From contig JANKJI020000001.1 of NCBI GenBank assembly GCA_024626585.2, positions 18,012,148 to 18,036,740 of the forward strand: a stretch of DNA of 24,593 nucleotides, read 5' to 3'. How positions within the stretch are numbered: position 1 is the stretch's first letter; each line of letters starts with the position of its first letter. Both the position numbers and the translations under genes were made by a program. The DNA is from Ginkgo biloba. Lineage: Eukaryota; Plantae; Ginkgophyta. The notes below the pieces were generated by a model. It was not told where the DNA came from. It saw only the letters and a program-made list of their open reading frames with translations, and did not search any database. This document shows, one piece after another, positions 10,871 to 23,040 of the stretch.

Positions 10871-13800
10871 TGATATTTTCTAATGGTACTTATTTCCATA
10901 CAAGTGTAACAGGTTTGAGGTGATTCAAGGAGATTATATATGATGTGCATGTGAAATGGTTTATTTAGAAGTTTATTGTACTCATGTTGTAAATCATATA
11001 CACATTTGTCACACATAAGAGTAATGGATTTTCAGTATTCACTTAACATGCACTTTAAAATATGATATCAAGTTTCTCCTCAATAAGGTCGCAAAAAATA
11101 TTGACTTGTGTAGCACAAGCCAACACGTTTGTGCCTTATGTAATTCTACTAGATTCCCTTAGAGGATGATTAGGTTGTCATATGGAGTGGAACTATAGGT
11201 CATCACAATTGAGGGATAAAATATATACTTAAGGAGATCACTATAATGGAAATAGGAATGGGAACCCTAGTGGGAAACCTAAGATCAAGAGTGCATTAGA
11301 ACTAGGCCTTCAGCATAGACTCGAGAATAGAAAACTACATGTGATGAATGAATGGGTAGTTGGTGGTTTTTAGTATCAAAGTTCTCTTGATATTGATTTT
11401 TTTTTCATGTGTGTACATGTTAAAGGTTTTATCAATACAAATGGTTTGTCCTAATTATTTTTGGTTTTTTGATTTTTTTTTTGCTCACTAATTCCTAAAT
11501 GTTTTCAAAATAAATGATGACTTATAAAAATGCTATAAAAAGTAATGCAAAAAATAATGAAATGGAACTATTTGACTATTTTCCAAAAATAAAAGCATAA
11601 AATTAATAAGAAATTAATCTTGCATTTAATATCCTTAATTAAAATTTTAAAGAAAAATTTCANNNNNNNNNNNNNNNNNNNNNNNNNNNNNNNNNNNNNN
11701 NNNNNNNNNNNNNNNNNNNNNNNNNNNNNNNNNNNNNNNNNNNNNNNNNNNNNNNNNNNNNNTCTTGCATTTAATATCCTTAAATAAAATTTTAAAGAAA
11801 AATTTCAACTAAGGTTTTTTAAACATAATTCAAATTATCATTAGCATGCTTTTCGATTATGAGAAAAATGTGATGTTTGATTTTTGCAATTATTTTGAAA
11901 TAACAATGAAATTAAAAATAAATAAAAATAAAACTAATTAAATTATTATTTTAAATTTGAAACCACAAAAAATAAGGCAACAAGATGAATTGTATTAATA
12001 TAATATAGAAAATGCACACATGTCTTGAGCATTGCCATATGCTAAGTTTGTCAGCATCATACCATTTATGCTTCCTCCGTTCCAACACACAACCATTATT
12101 TGATTAGCGAATAGGTGAATAGGTAATATAAATGGGGATGAAAAGGGAATGTTTTATATGTAATGAAGGTATGAATGAGTGGAAGAAAAGAAATGTATGA
12201 AAGGGAAATGACAAAAGGTGAAGAGTAATGAAGTGAAAATGTTAATCCTCCTTGAGAGATAGGCTACGTCATATGGATCAAATATGACTCGGTGCTAAAA
12301 TTAAATATTTGGCCCCTTTGATTTATTAAATGACTGACTTTAGTGAATCTTTAGGAGAATTCAAAAATATGTCAGATGACCTTATGCAATTGCATATGGG
12401 TTAGATTTTCTTTATTAAAGATGGAATTAGTCTAATAATGGTGAACAAGAGTTATTTTTAGTGGAATAATGGTGGTTGTTGATGGAATTATATGTTTTTT
12501 TGTTTGTTTGATTATAGAAACAAAGACAACATGAGGCAAGTGACTCTATTTAGGCCTGATCACCAAAAAATGGGTCATGGATGAATAATGGAGGCTATAG
12601 GAGGTATATGAGAGATAGATTTGAATATGGTAGGTTTTTATAGGGTTTATAATATTGTGGGTGAGTGTGAAAAGAATTCAATTTAAGAATAGAGTCATTA
12701 GCAACTGAAAAAACACTGTGAAATGAAAGTTAGGATGTCACAAGGGTTGTGGGTGACTATGTTAAAGTTGTAATAGGATGAGAATGAGAACAGAGATATG
12801 ATTGATATCCCTAGGATAGATGGGTGATTGTGTATTATCCAAATTATTTGGTATATAATCCCAAACAACCAGTTGTGAGAGAGTAAAGGGGTTTGTAGGC
12901 AACCCTCTAAGATGTGAGAAGGTAGCAAAGACTGAAACACTATAAAACTTGCTAGTGATACAAAGTTTTTATTAAAATGGAGAAGAGGAATTTACAAATA
13001 TGAAATGTTATAAAATCAATAAGAGAGCCTAGACATAAAACATGCCTCTAACTATTATGAGAAGGATGATTGTCTCCCTTCTATATTATTTGATTCTCTA
13101 CTTCTGGACTACTCTCCTCTAAAATTCTAAATTTTGAATCTTCCACCCTTCTCTAATCTTCAGCTTTATACTTTTAANNNNNNNNNNNNNNNNNNNNNNN
13201 NNNNNNNNNNNNNNNNNNNNNNNNNNNNNNNNNNNNNNNNNNNNNNNNNNNNNNNNNNNNNNNNNNNNNNNNNNNNNTGAGGAGAGCATGTTGTGTTCAT
13301 AAACACAACCTAGGCCTAAAGTAAGAGTTAAGAGGTGAAATCCTAAATCTAGAGGCTAAAAGGGCCTAAAATTAGACTTAATAACACTAAATAAGGTCTT
13401 ATAACCAAGCCCCCAAGTTTAGTTAGCTAAAAGGCCCTTAAAGAACAAAAATGACACCTCTTACCTGAGTGTTGTGACTTTTGAACTAAGGTGCCTTAGT
13501 TTTAAGTATAAAAGTGCCTTAATTCACTTCTTTTTCATCACTCATTCATCAAATTTTATATTTTCCTCTTCTTTTAGAATATTTTACTATTTATAGGTAG
13601 CAGNNNNNNNNNNNNNNNNNNNNNNNNNATAGTATTATTCATGGTGGCAGGTGCCCCGCACCTTTTGATTCTTAAGTACTCAATAGTTCTTACCTATTTT
13701 CTAACATTTCGATGTCATCTTACAACTGAGTTATCATAGTTATATGATTATGGCCAAGTATATTTTGATTGGATATTTTTCCTTATTGTGATGTATACAT

Positions 13801-13879
13801 ATTATTTACTTTTGAATTATTATTTTCTTTATGTTATTTAGTAGTTTCCCATTTGGTTCATTACAATAATCTTTCGGAC

Positions 13880-14458
13880 GTAAATGACACTTTCCCTTAT
13901 AAGAAAACATCTTTATTCTCTTTCATATAGGAAATAAATACCCAAATGTATGCTAACACAATCCATAGGTAATACATCATACACTATTTAATCCATACTA
14001 TCTTACATAATGGAAATTTTAAATTTTCACTATAAATTTATCATCTAATTAGCATCCTTAGTCCTATCACTAATGTCACAGGGATTAAGATGTGGTGTTA
14101 TTTTGAAGGAAATATTTCAATTTGTAGATGTTGCAACAAAGTCTTCTAACTCCTACTATTTAATATGGTTGATATGACTCAATTCTTATTTTGTATTTTT
14201 TAAATAAATAGTATCCCTTTAGCTCTATTATTCTTCTTATGTTCATCTACACAAAAGAAAAAAATAACTCATCTAATGTCATTTCCACTTCTATGTCATT
14301 CTCCTATTTCTTCTTGAAGGGTTGTTTTTTTTCCCAAGAGGTTATTTTGGAGGAACTAGTGGTGTTGATGGAATTAATGAAGGAAGTTTAGATAAAAACC
14401 TAATTGGAACAACAAGTGTAGATATAACTATTCTAGCATACTATGGAAAATTTCCATT
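13880..14458 (-). mobile_element. Second chromovirus-type Ty3/gypsy gag-end/protease remnant
   Basis: Minus strand: PHLNPCDISDRTKDAN*MINL**KFKISIM*DSMD*IVYDVLPMDCVSIHLGIYFLYER (~14098-13915; cf. PHPKPY.LGW..KD....V..QC.LKFAI......V.CDVVP.D...I.LG.PYLYDR). Confidence 0.7.
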
Positions 14459-16664
14459 NNNNNNNNNNNNNNNNNNNNNNNNNNNNNNNNNNNNNNNNNN
14501 NNNNNNNNNNNNNNNNNNNNNNNNNNNNNNNNNNNNNNNNNNNNNNNNNNNNNNNNNNNNNNNNNNNNNNNNNNNNNNNNNNNNNNNNNNNNNNNNNNNN
14601 NNNNNNNNNNNNNNNNNNNNNNNNNNNNNNNNNNNNNNNNNNNNNNNNNNNNNNNNNNNNNNNNNNNNNNNNNNNNNNNNNNNNNNNNNNNNNNNNNNNN
14701 NNNNNNNNNNNNNNNNNNNNNNNNNNNNNNNNNNNNNNNNNNNNNNNNNNNNNNNNNNNNNNNNNNNNNNNNNNNNNNNNNNNNNNNNNNNNNNNNNNNN
14801 NNNNNNNNNNNNNNNNNNNNNNNNNNNNNNNNNNNNNNNNNNNNNNNNNNNNNNNNNNNNNNNNNNNNNNNNNNNNNNNNNNNNNNNNNNNNNNNNNNNN
14901 NNNNNNNNNNNNNNNNNNNNNNNNNNNNNNNNNNNNNNNNNNNNNNNNNNNNNNNNNNNNNNNNNNNNNNNNNNNNNNNNNNNNNNNNNAATGAATTAGT
15001 TGTATTTTTTAAGGATATCCATAATCACATGCAAAAAGCATGCATTCACATGTAAGGCCATAAACACAAAAAAACATGCATGTGAAGATTATTTCTTTAA
15101 ATAGACATAAGTTACTATAGCTAGTGATATATTATATACATAACAACTTGGATTGTAAGTTGCTTTTTTCCATCCGATGCTTTTTCCTAATTACCTTCAA
15201 GCATTTCTAGATTTTTGCATCTAAGGTTTAAAAAAGATCTATTTACAAAATTCTTAAATTATTCATGTGCTTGTGAGAATAAATATATCTATTAAATTTT
15301 TAGACTAAATTAAAATTCTAAAAGCAAATAGGTTTCCAACAGTACAAATTTTGTCATATGAGTGAAAAGATTCATTATCGTGCAAACTTATTTTTTTGTT
15401 TTATGCACTCCAATCAAAAGAAGAAAATGTATTCTTCATTTAAGGAAAATTACTTTAGGAAATTCCATTACATGGATAGGAAAAGGCACCACACTATAAG
15501 AACATTTTTCATGTAGATAGGAAAAGGTGGAGTACCTTTGGGAAAAGGTGTGGTGCCTCTACAATTAATAATTTAAGAGTATTTTTTCTAAACTCCTCCC
15601 CATAGATGGTTTCTATCCAGATTGTTACAAATCCTACTAACTTTGTAATATATTCAAGGGTTTTTATTCACTCAGTTTCAACTTTGGATCTCCTTATTGA
15701 TTATACCTAAAGTCTTCATAAGTGTTTTTATCGCATATCTCGATTTGTTATTGAAAAATACACCACTCCAAGACACATAAAAAATAGATTCCTTTAAGCA
15801 CTTAAAAATTAAGAATTATAAACACTAAGCAACCTCACTGGGAGAGACTACATCCTATTAGATCACCTATAAATACTAAATTTATAATTTTGGGTGTCAC
15901 TTTCTCAATTTTGATGTAAGGTCAAATACACAATTTTCATGCATGACCATACACCTTTTTGTCTAATACTCACTAGTTAATAGTTAGAACCAAGGAATTT
16001 TAATGAAATCTGCACAATGTTTTGCACAAAAACTTACAACTTTCTTATTTTACCAAAAATATTAAGAACTCAAAATAAATATTTCAAAATTGAAGATCTT
16101 TTACAAGTATGATATCATTGATCCAAAAAAACCTACACAAAGAATCTCTCCATTCCTTTCATAAAAATGAATTAAACATCCACACATATACAATCCACAA
16201 AAAAGAGGACTCCATATAAGAATAAGATCCTAGATGGAATTAAATAAAAAAATTTTGTCTTATAAGAAGTGTGTTTATAATAAGTTTTCTTAAAAAGCTC
16301 ATAATTATGAGTGAAAATTTATTAATGTTGGTGTTATCTCACTTTAGAGAATGTTTTTAATATCCTTAACTCTAGATTAAAAATATGATATACCTGGCAT
16401 ATTGCATGTGTGGGCATGAGTTGCATATGCATGTGCTTTTTATTAGAGAACTCAAATCTAGAGAAAAAACTCTAAATAATCCCTTAAGGAGAATCTAAGT
16501 AGAAATCTCCTAAATATAAGTGTGTACAATATCTAGCTTCTACAAGAATAAAAATAAGGAATTANNNNNNNNNNNNNNNNNNNNNNNNNNNNNNNNNNNN
16601 NNNNNNNNNNNNNNNNNNNNNNNNNNNNNNNNNNNNNNNNNNNNNNNNNNNNNNNNNNNNNNNN

Positions 16665-17458
16665 TAATTAAAATAAAGAAAGGAAAAGGAACATCTTTTA
16701 TTTGAAATCTTCAAGACAAAGATCACGGAATGAGATTTTTGCAATTCTCGAGAAAGTAACATTCTTCAAGAGAGGCCCCATTTATGGGATAACACCTTGT
16801 TGGGTTAAGCTGACCCCCAAGGGCTTTACCCCAAGGAGCACTGGAAGAGCCTTATGGAATAAAAAGAAATGCAAACTTGGCCTTAGTCGCCTAGAATAAT
16901 TGATTTCTTCCACCCACCCCACCACCATAAATGATGATGAAGAGGTCAAGCTAATATGGAGTGGTCTTCAACTGAGATCTAAGGGCTACATGGGTAATGC
17001 TATGGGACCGAAGAGGACATAGGCTGATCAAAAGCCAAGAACTCAAATTTTGACACCATCCACCTTAACAACCTATGAGAAAGAAGAAGAAGATCTAGAG
17101 CCATCAGAGAACAAATCCCAAAGATGTTCAAGTATAGATTTCATTAAGATGAATTTTTCCCTTGATCATAGTGACATAAATCTTGCTTCTATTGTTAAGT
17201 TTAAATCAAGTTTTTAATGATTTGTCTCAATTAATTATGGTTCTTTGTAAAATTGTTCAATTTAGTTAGCTTATAATGGTCTGTTGGATGACTAGGAGGC
17301 AACTCTTTTTTTAGGTTGTTTTGAAGATTGAACTATTCCCTTTTGCTTACATGTGCCGACCTTCTAATAATGCGGATAAAATATAGATGATGATTCAAAA
17401 TCTAAATTTGATGTAATTCTAATATTCAAAGAAATAAATTTACTTTCAATTAAAAAAA
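16665..17458 (+). mobile_element. Possible 3' end of a non-LTR retroelement (LINE-like) or other repeat
   Basis: A more GC-rich, decayed coding-like stretch (16700-17130) is followed by a T-rich UTR-like segment ending ...tgtaattctaat...aataaatttactttcaattaaaaaaa. No RT or endonuclease motif was recognised, and the 5' side is a gap. Confidence 0.25.
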
Positions 17459-19309
17459 TCCAATACCATGCCCATAATTAATGAATGATCAAAAGTATTT
17501 AACATCCACTTGAACCGATATTGTCTATCGGAAATGTCTAGATTTTTTTGCCCATATCTTAAGAAAGTGGCATTAGATTCACACATTTTGAGCAATATAC
17601 CTCTCTTGACATATCTCTAAGCATAGGCCCATATTTATTCGCATTCTTACTCTTATATTTTATCTTTGTTTTAACTCTAACTATTCAATCGTGTAACTAA
17701 CTCACTTTGACTTTATTACATTTGTCCCCAAAATTAACCTGTGGTAAAGAACAATCACTATAACCACATTAGCAAATGTTCAAAGCTTATGGAGGACATA
17801 TTAGTCAATGATCAATGCAACTCAATGAGATGATATACTATTATAAGCCANNNNNNNNNNNNNNNNNNNNNNNNNNNNNNNNNNNNNNNNNNNNNNNNNN
17901 NNNNNNNNNNNNNNNNNNNNNNNNNNNNNNNNNNNNNNNNNNNNNNNNNNNNNNNNNNNNNNNNNNNNNNNNNNNNNNNNNNNNNNNNNNNNNNNNNNNN
18001 NNNNNNNNNNNNNNNNNNNNNNNNNNNNNNNNNNNNNNNNNNNNNNNNNNNNNNNNNNNNNNNNNNNNNNNNNNNNNNNNNNNNNNNNNNNNNNNNNNNN
18101 NNNNNNNNNNNNNNNNNNNNNNNNNNNNNNNNNNNNNNNNNNNNNNNNNNNNNNNNNNNNNNNNNNNNNNNNNNNNNNNNNNNNNNNNNNNNNNNNNNNN
18201 NNNNNNNNNNNNNNNNNNNNNNNNNNNNNNNNNNNNNNNNNNNNNNNNNNNNNNNNNNNNNNNNNNNNNNNNNNNNNNNNNNNNNNNNNNNNNNNTTTAT
18301 TTGAATATCTTCATATTATACAAAAAAAAAAGACTCCACACTAAATAACTTTTGCTTATTTAATTATATATTTTTTCATGATCTAATATTTATTATATTT
18401 TTTCCCCATATACTAATGTATAATTGACTCTTCCATTTTAATTTTGAAACTCTTCCGTGAAGGCATTTCAATCTTTATTTATTGCATATTTTCTCAATCC
18501 TTTGTGCATTTTTTCCACTCAATTCCATACGCTGCTTCGGGATAAGGTCTTCTTGGATAAAGAACCTAGAGATTGTAAAGTTTCGCTCCTTTATCAATTA
18601 TTAATCTTTTTGCTCCTTTTGCAATTTTGTTTTTTTTCCTATCACCGAACCAAGTTTCATCTTTCAGAGGTGAAGTTTACCATTTTACTTACATTAACTA
18701 TTTAACGATATTGGATAAACAATCTACTTTCGCAGAGTTGATTGACAAGTAGTATTGTGTTCATCTTACACTTCCATTCTAACCAATATTCGAAAATGCT
18801 ATTTTGAAATTCATTTAAATCCCATCAAATAACCAAGTCGGCAATGGCATACAAATAATGCCCACAAACACGGACAGAGTTGGTAGAACGTACAATAGGT
18901 ATTCCAGGCATGAACATCAAGAGCATCAGCCAATAAAATATTCAAAATATATGGAATAAATCGGTTGCAGTTACTTGCAGTCTAACCTTAACCGGAAACA
19001 ATAAAAGGGAATTTAGTTTTAATATAGTCTCAATGTACATACAGGTTGTTGACAAAATACAGTAGGAGCAGAGATTCAATTCATTCTGCCGCTACACAAT
19101 AAATTAGTTATGAAACTGAGATTCAGTTCACTCTGTTTGGAATGCTACTCCATAATCTCTCTGCTTTCGGTTCTCATCACACGTATACATAACTATTATA
19201 TGGCCTGTTCAAAAGGTCAAGCAACAAGAGTTTTCTTCTGAGCAGCGTTCTTGTTCAATGGGTTTGACAATGTTACTCCATCACTCCGGTTTTGGATCTC
19301 CTTAAATCT

Positions 19310-22079
19310 CTAAATTGGGATCTCGGGGAGATCCTTTGAAACTGAAACTTCCATACCAGTAGGAATAAAAGAAGAGAAATTGATTTTGGACTTCTCAAGA
19401 TAGACTTGAATTTCTGCAGTCATTGAATCTTGGAAAGACATAATATTATCAGGTTTACTGCCTGTCCTTGCTGGAAATGCCATAGTGCTAGTGCCTGACT
19501 TAGCACCAAACAAGTTCATCTCTGTTGCATTCATAATTGAGTGTCCTGAACTGTGTGGCTTGTCGAATGGGTTCCCTGATTTGCCTGACTGATCTAGTGA
19601 GGAATTAATAGACCCTGCACTGGGATTCGCAGGCTCTGCCACCTTTGGAGGCAAAGCTTGTGAAGATGGGGTTACCCAGAATTTTCCTTGCTTGATGTAC
19701 CTTTCTATAGCAGATGGATCAAAAAAGTTCTGTATGGAAGGAGACTGTGATTTTAGTTTCTTTTTCACTTCCATTGGCTTCACCCTGCATAATTTAATTT
19801 GATTTTTTGCTTCTATTGCCTCCTTTTCCAGGTGATCTATTGAGGAAGGAATTAACAAACATTGCTTTGCATTCTGTGCTATTGGTTTCAACACACGCTT
19901 GACACGTGCACCATGTTTAACAGGTGCAACTGGGGTTCTACAGACATTGCCTTGCATGATGTAATTTTCTATAGCACGCATGTCAATATCTTTCGAATGA
20001 GACTGTGCTTCTAGTTTCTTTTGGGCTTCTATTGCCTCCTTTTCTGCTTTTTTCACATACTTTCGACGCTTCACAACAGGAACATCTGTAGGCAAATTAC
20101 TATTCAAAACACTGGACTCCATTAACTTGTCACTTTTCAGAGTTTTCCACAAAGTATTGTCTGTGTTTTCTTCTGGAGGATCTGCCTGAGAAAGAGCAAA
20201 CATATGGCTGTCTACTTGAACCTGTTTACTCTTTATACCCTTTTTCCTTCTATTATTCTTTTCATCTGCAATCTTCAAGGTACAGTCCATATTTTTTGCT
20301 GAAGCATCAGTTGGAGAAAGAACAGGGATAACTGGTAGCAAGGTTTGACTGCCTGCTTGAACCCATTTAGTCCTTGCACCTTTTTTCTTTTCACAATTCT
20401 GTTCATCTGCATATTTTGAAGCAATGCCCATCTTTTGTCTAAGAACAAAGGTATGACAGCGTGCTTGAACACTCTTGGCCTTCATGCTCCTTTTCTTTCT
20501 AGAATTCTGTCCATCTGCATTCACCAAATTATGGTCCAAATTTTCTTTGGGAGAAAGGGTTTGACTGTCTGCTTGACCCTGTTTAGCCTTTATACCCTCT
20601 TTCCGTTTACAATTCTGTCCTGCATTCTCCAAAGTAGTGTCCATATTTTCTCTACAAACAAAGCTTTGACTGTCTACTTGAATCTGTTTACCCATTACAC
20701 CCTTTTTCTCTTTACAAATCTGCCCAGGTGCATTTTCTAAACTAGCATCCATATTTTCTCTAATAGCATCAATTTCACTCTCTGCTTGAAACTGCTGAGC
20801 ATTCATACCAGTTTTCTTTTTACAATTCTGTCCATCTGCATTCTCCAAAGTAGTGTCCATATTCTCTGCTAGAACATCAGTTTGACCATCTGCTTGAAAC
20901 TGCCTAACTTTTATAGCCCTTTTTTCTTTACAATTTTGTTCATCTGCATTCATTGGCAGCCCGACAACCTTCTGACAACGCACAACTCTCTTTTTGGTTA
21001 GAACACCATTTCCCAAGTCCATAACTTCAGCTGGGTTCTGATTTAGTGTGCATACTTCAGAATCCTGGGAACTTGCCATTTGGATCTCTTCTTTCTCTTG
21101 AGTTAACACTTGTCCTGAAAGTTTGATATCTGGTTTCAAATTGCCGCAAGGATTAAAACCAAACTTCGGCCGTTTCTGTGTGTCTTTCTCCGCCTCAGTA
21201 GTTGCACTTCTTTTGGAATGTTGACTGGGAAGGTGAATTTGAATTCTCCTCTGAATGTATGCTTGGAGGTCANNNNNNNNNNCTTGCCCTGGTTAAAGGA
21301 CTCTTGAGATAGTACTGTCTGAGTATCTAGTCTGTTTCCTGCAAAAAACAAATGTCAAACAAGTTAGTTCCATGAAACGCAGCAGACTTTTTGGATTGCA
21401 ATAGAAGCCTTCTGTGAAACTACTAAACCCTCTGTGTGTCTGAAAATAAAAATACAAGCGAACTCTTTGTGCAGTTCATTTTGATGTTTAATTTTTTTTT
21501 TCTCCATCTTTACCTTGAGAAAAGCTAAAAATAGCTGAGGATCTCTGAGAGTGATCCTTGCACATGGCATCTTCAGGAATTGGTTTCACAAGTAAACTTG
21601 AAGGAACACTCGAAGCAAAATATGGCAGAGCACAATCCAAAGAACGGTGAGGCCCACTGCTGTTTAATACATGTTTTGATCTATTTTCCACTGGATAATC
21701 TGCATTAACATTCACAATTGGATAACATGAACACAGAGCAACCAAAGAGCCACAATTTCACACATTGTGAAAAGTACAATCCAGTCCTAAGCTCAAGCAT
21801 TGAAAAACTTTGAGTCTTAAGCTCATTCCACCACCTACTTTTCACAGGAATGCTCGTCATAGATGCTGGAAGCAGTACAGAACAGCATGGGCCTGGAAGA
21901 GTAGTAACTGTTGGATGTGCCAAACATGTGCCATGTGTTTGTCTCACCTNNNNNNNNNNNNNNNNNNNNNNNNNNNNNNNNNNNNNNNNNNNNNNNNNNN
22001 NNNNNNNNNNNNNNNNNNNNNNNNNNNNNNNNNNNNNNNNNNNNNNNNNATCTCCCACCATCTCTTGTGCAAGCGACAT
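19310..22079 (-). CDS. Multi-exon gene for an uncharacterised basic, low-complexity (probably nuclear) protein with ~36-aa tandem repeats. Exons: ~22079(?)-21839, 21699-21514, 21338-19310
   Basis: The 609-codon open frame also stays open upstream to the gap at 21273 (DLQAYIQRRIQIHLPSQHSKRSATTEAEKDTQKRPKFGFNPCGN-LKPDIK). GT-AG introns 21838-21700 (AAAA|GTAGGT...atgcag) and 21513-21339 (CAAG|GTAAAG...ttttttgcag) are both phase 1 and join three track ORFs in frame; the middle exon is 186 bp. The start codon and the frame across the N-gaps (21273-21282, 21950-22049) are uncertain. Contains basic clusters KRRK, RRKK, KKKL. Confidence 0.8.
20148..20950 (-). repeat. Coding tandem repeat, 7 units of ~108 bp (36 aa), consensus ~NADGQNCKxKKGxKAKQxQADSQTxxxxENMDTTLE
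   Basis: The anchor tgc(att) occurs at 20945, 20837, 20729, 20621, 20516, 20408 and 20267. Spacings are 108, 108, 108, 105, 108, 141, all multiples of 3. Confidence 0.95.
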
Positions 22080-22173
22080 TTGATGAGTTTCGACCTCATG
22101 ACTGTGATGGTGTCCATGTTCTTATTGTGGGCATGTTGTGCATAAAAAATGCCTTAACCGTTATTTATCATCA

Positions 22174-22375
22174 CTACAGTGAAGATATAGGTCAACATCA
22201 TCTACACAGATTTGAAAACCAGCATCTTCCTGATAAATGCAACTCCAACTTCTCTGCAAAGTCAACGGCACCTGTACGAATTTTGTGTATCTCCTCCTTC
22301 GTCTGAAATTTAGTAGGTCTGCGTATCCTTTTTCCTTAGATTCGAACTAGATCCACAGATAACATCATCGGATCA
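22174..22375 (-). promoter_or_regulatory. Putative 5' end of the repeat-protein gene: CpG-retaining segment and a possible 98-bp 5'UTR intron (22271-22174)
   Basis: Six CpGs lie within ~22265-22370 against strong CpG depletion in most of the window. Donor TACAG|GTGCCG and acceptor ttcactgtag| lie upstream of the candidate ATGs. Confidence 0.4.
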
Positions 22376-22577
22376 TAAAAATATGACTTTAAACATATCA
22401 TAGCACACAGACTGCCTCACACCTACTAGCCTACAAATGACCACTAGCATACACATATCATAGTGATTCAACGACAATGGTATCACCAGCTATGGTAACA
22501 CGGGGATTCTCTTTGCTCTTAGTGAATGATAGGACAAACTGTTGAATGATAACAGGCGGTCATTTCAGTTTGGTTTA

Positions 22578-22601
22578 TCATCTATCATCTATGAGAGGAG
22601 C
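22578..22601 (-). CDS. Candidate short terminal coding exon of the upstream gene (APLIDDR*)
   Basis: Acceptor ccctgatttgtag| at 22602 follows an AT-rich intron-like stretch. A phase-0 join to TGG|GTCATC at 23058 gives ...TVFGW-APLIDDR-TGA-TAA. The donor is weak. Confidence 0.35.
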   Translation of the reverse strand, partial: APLIDDR

Positions 22602-23040
22602 CTACAAATCAGGGTAATGGAGATAACCATAGAATCCATATCCATTGATTAAACTCTAAGAACCTCATGCAAACTACATAGCCATACACATACATAGATT
22701 TCATTTAGTTGTATCATAAACTATGAGCCATATTTTCATTTACCTATGCTCATATGTTTATGTTTATATTATTTTTGTATATTATTTTATTTCTAAATCT
22801 CCTTTTAAGGTTCTAAGAGAACCATTTATATTATTGTATTCTATATATTATATATTAGTGGTCCTTTATTTATTTATCTTATATGCCCATTAAGATGACT
22901 TTCATATATACTTATATTGTCATCACTTTTAGATTGCTCATATAAATCATTTATCACAATCACATAGGAGAGAACTTATCATTCACAGATCAAGTTATAG
23001 ATTTGAACCATGGATGGTATATTGTAATCACATTATTGAG

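Noticed and set aside
11618-11807. 45-bp direct repeat (1 mismatch) flanking a 100-N gap
   Set aside because: It lies exactly at both gap edges, which is typical of unmerged overlapping contig ends or heterozygosity. Probably an assembly artefact.
12945-13600. Possible degenerate tRNA-Met PBS (gctagtgatacaaa) next to LTR-like sequence
   Set aside because: Several mismatches to the PBS consensus, no second LTR, and no recognisable gag beside it.
14322-14999. 225-aa and 183-aa ORFs (likewise those at 1000, 1493, 6742, 9662-10006, 16520, 16562, 17815)
   Set aside because: Their length comes largely from N-runs, or they are antisense to TE remnants.
18457-18705. 82-aa hydrophobic ORF
   Set aside because: GTG start and T-rich composition explain the hydrophobicity; no splice or homology support.
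21136-21272. LRRRKTHRNGRSLVLIL, resembling the EMF1 NLS block RRKxRKVRLLSELL
   Set aside because: This frame stops at 21136, while an overlapping frame runs openly into the 609-aa ORF. The resemblance is most likely coincidental.
21820-21880. LLPASMTSIPVKSRWW, resembling the EMF1 N-terminal LP.L.VPKFRWW block
   Set aside because: The following CxxC is missing, and the phase-consistent donor at 21838 places RWW inside the intron. Weak, but worth rechecking with transcripts.
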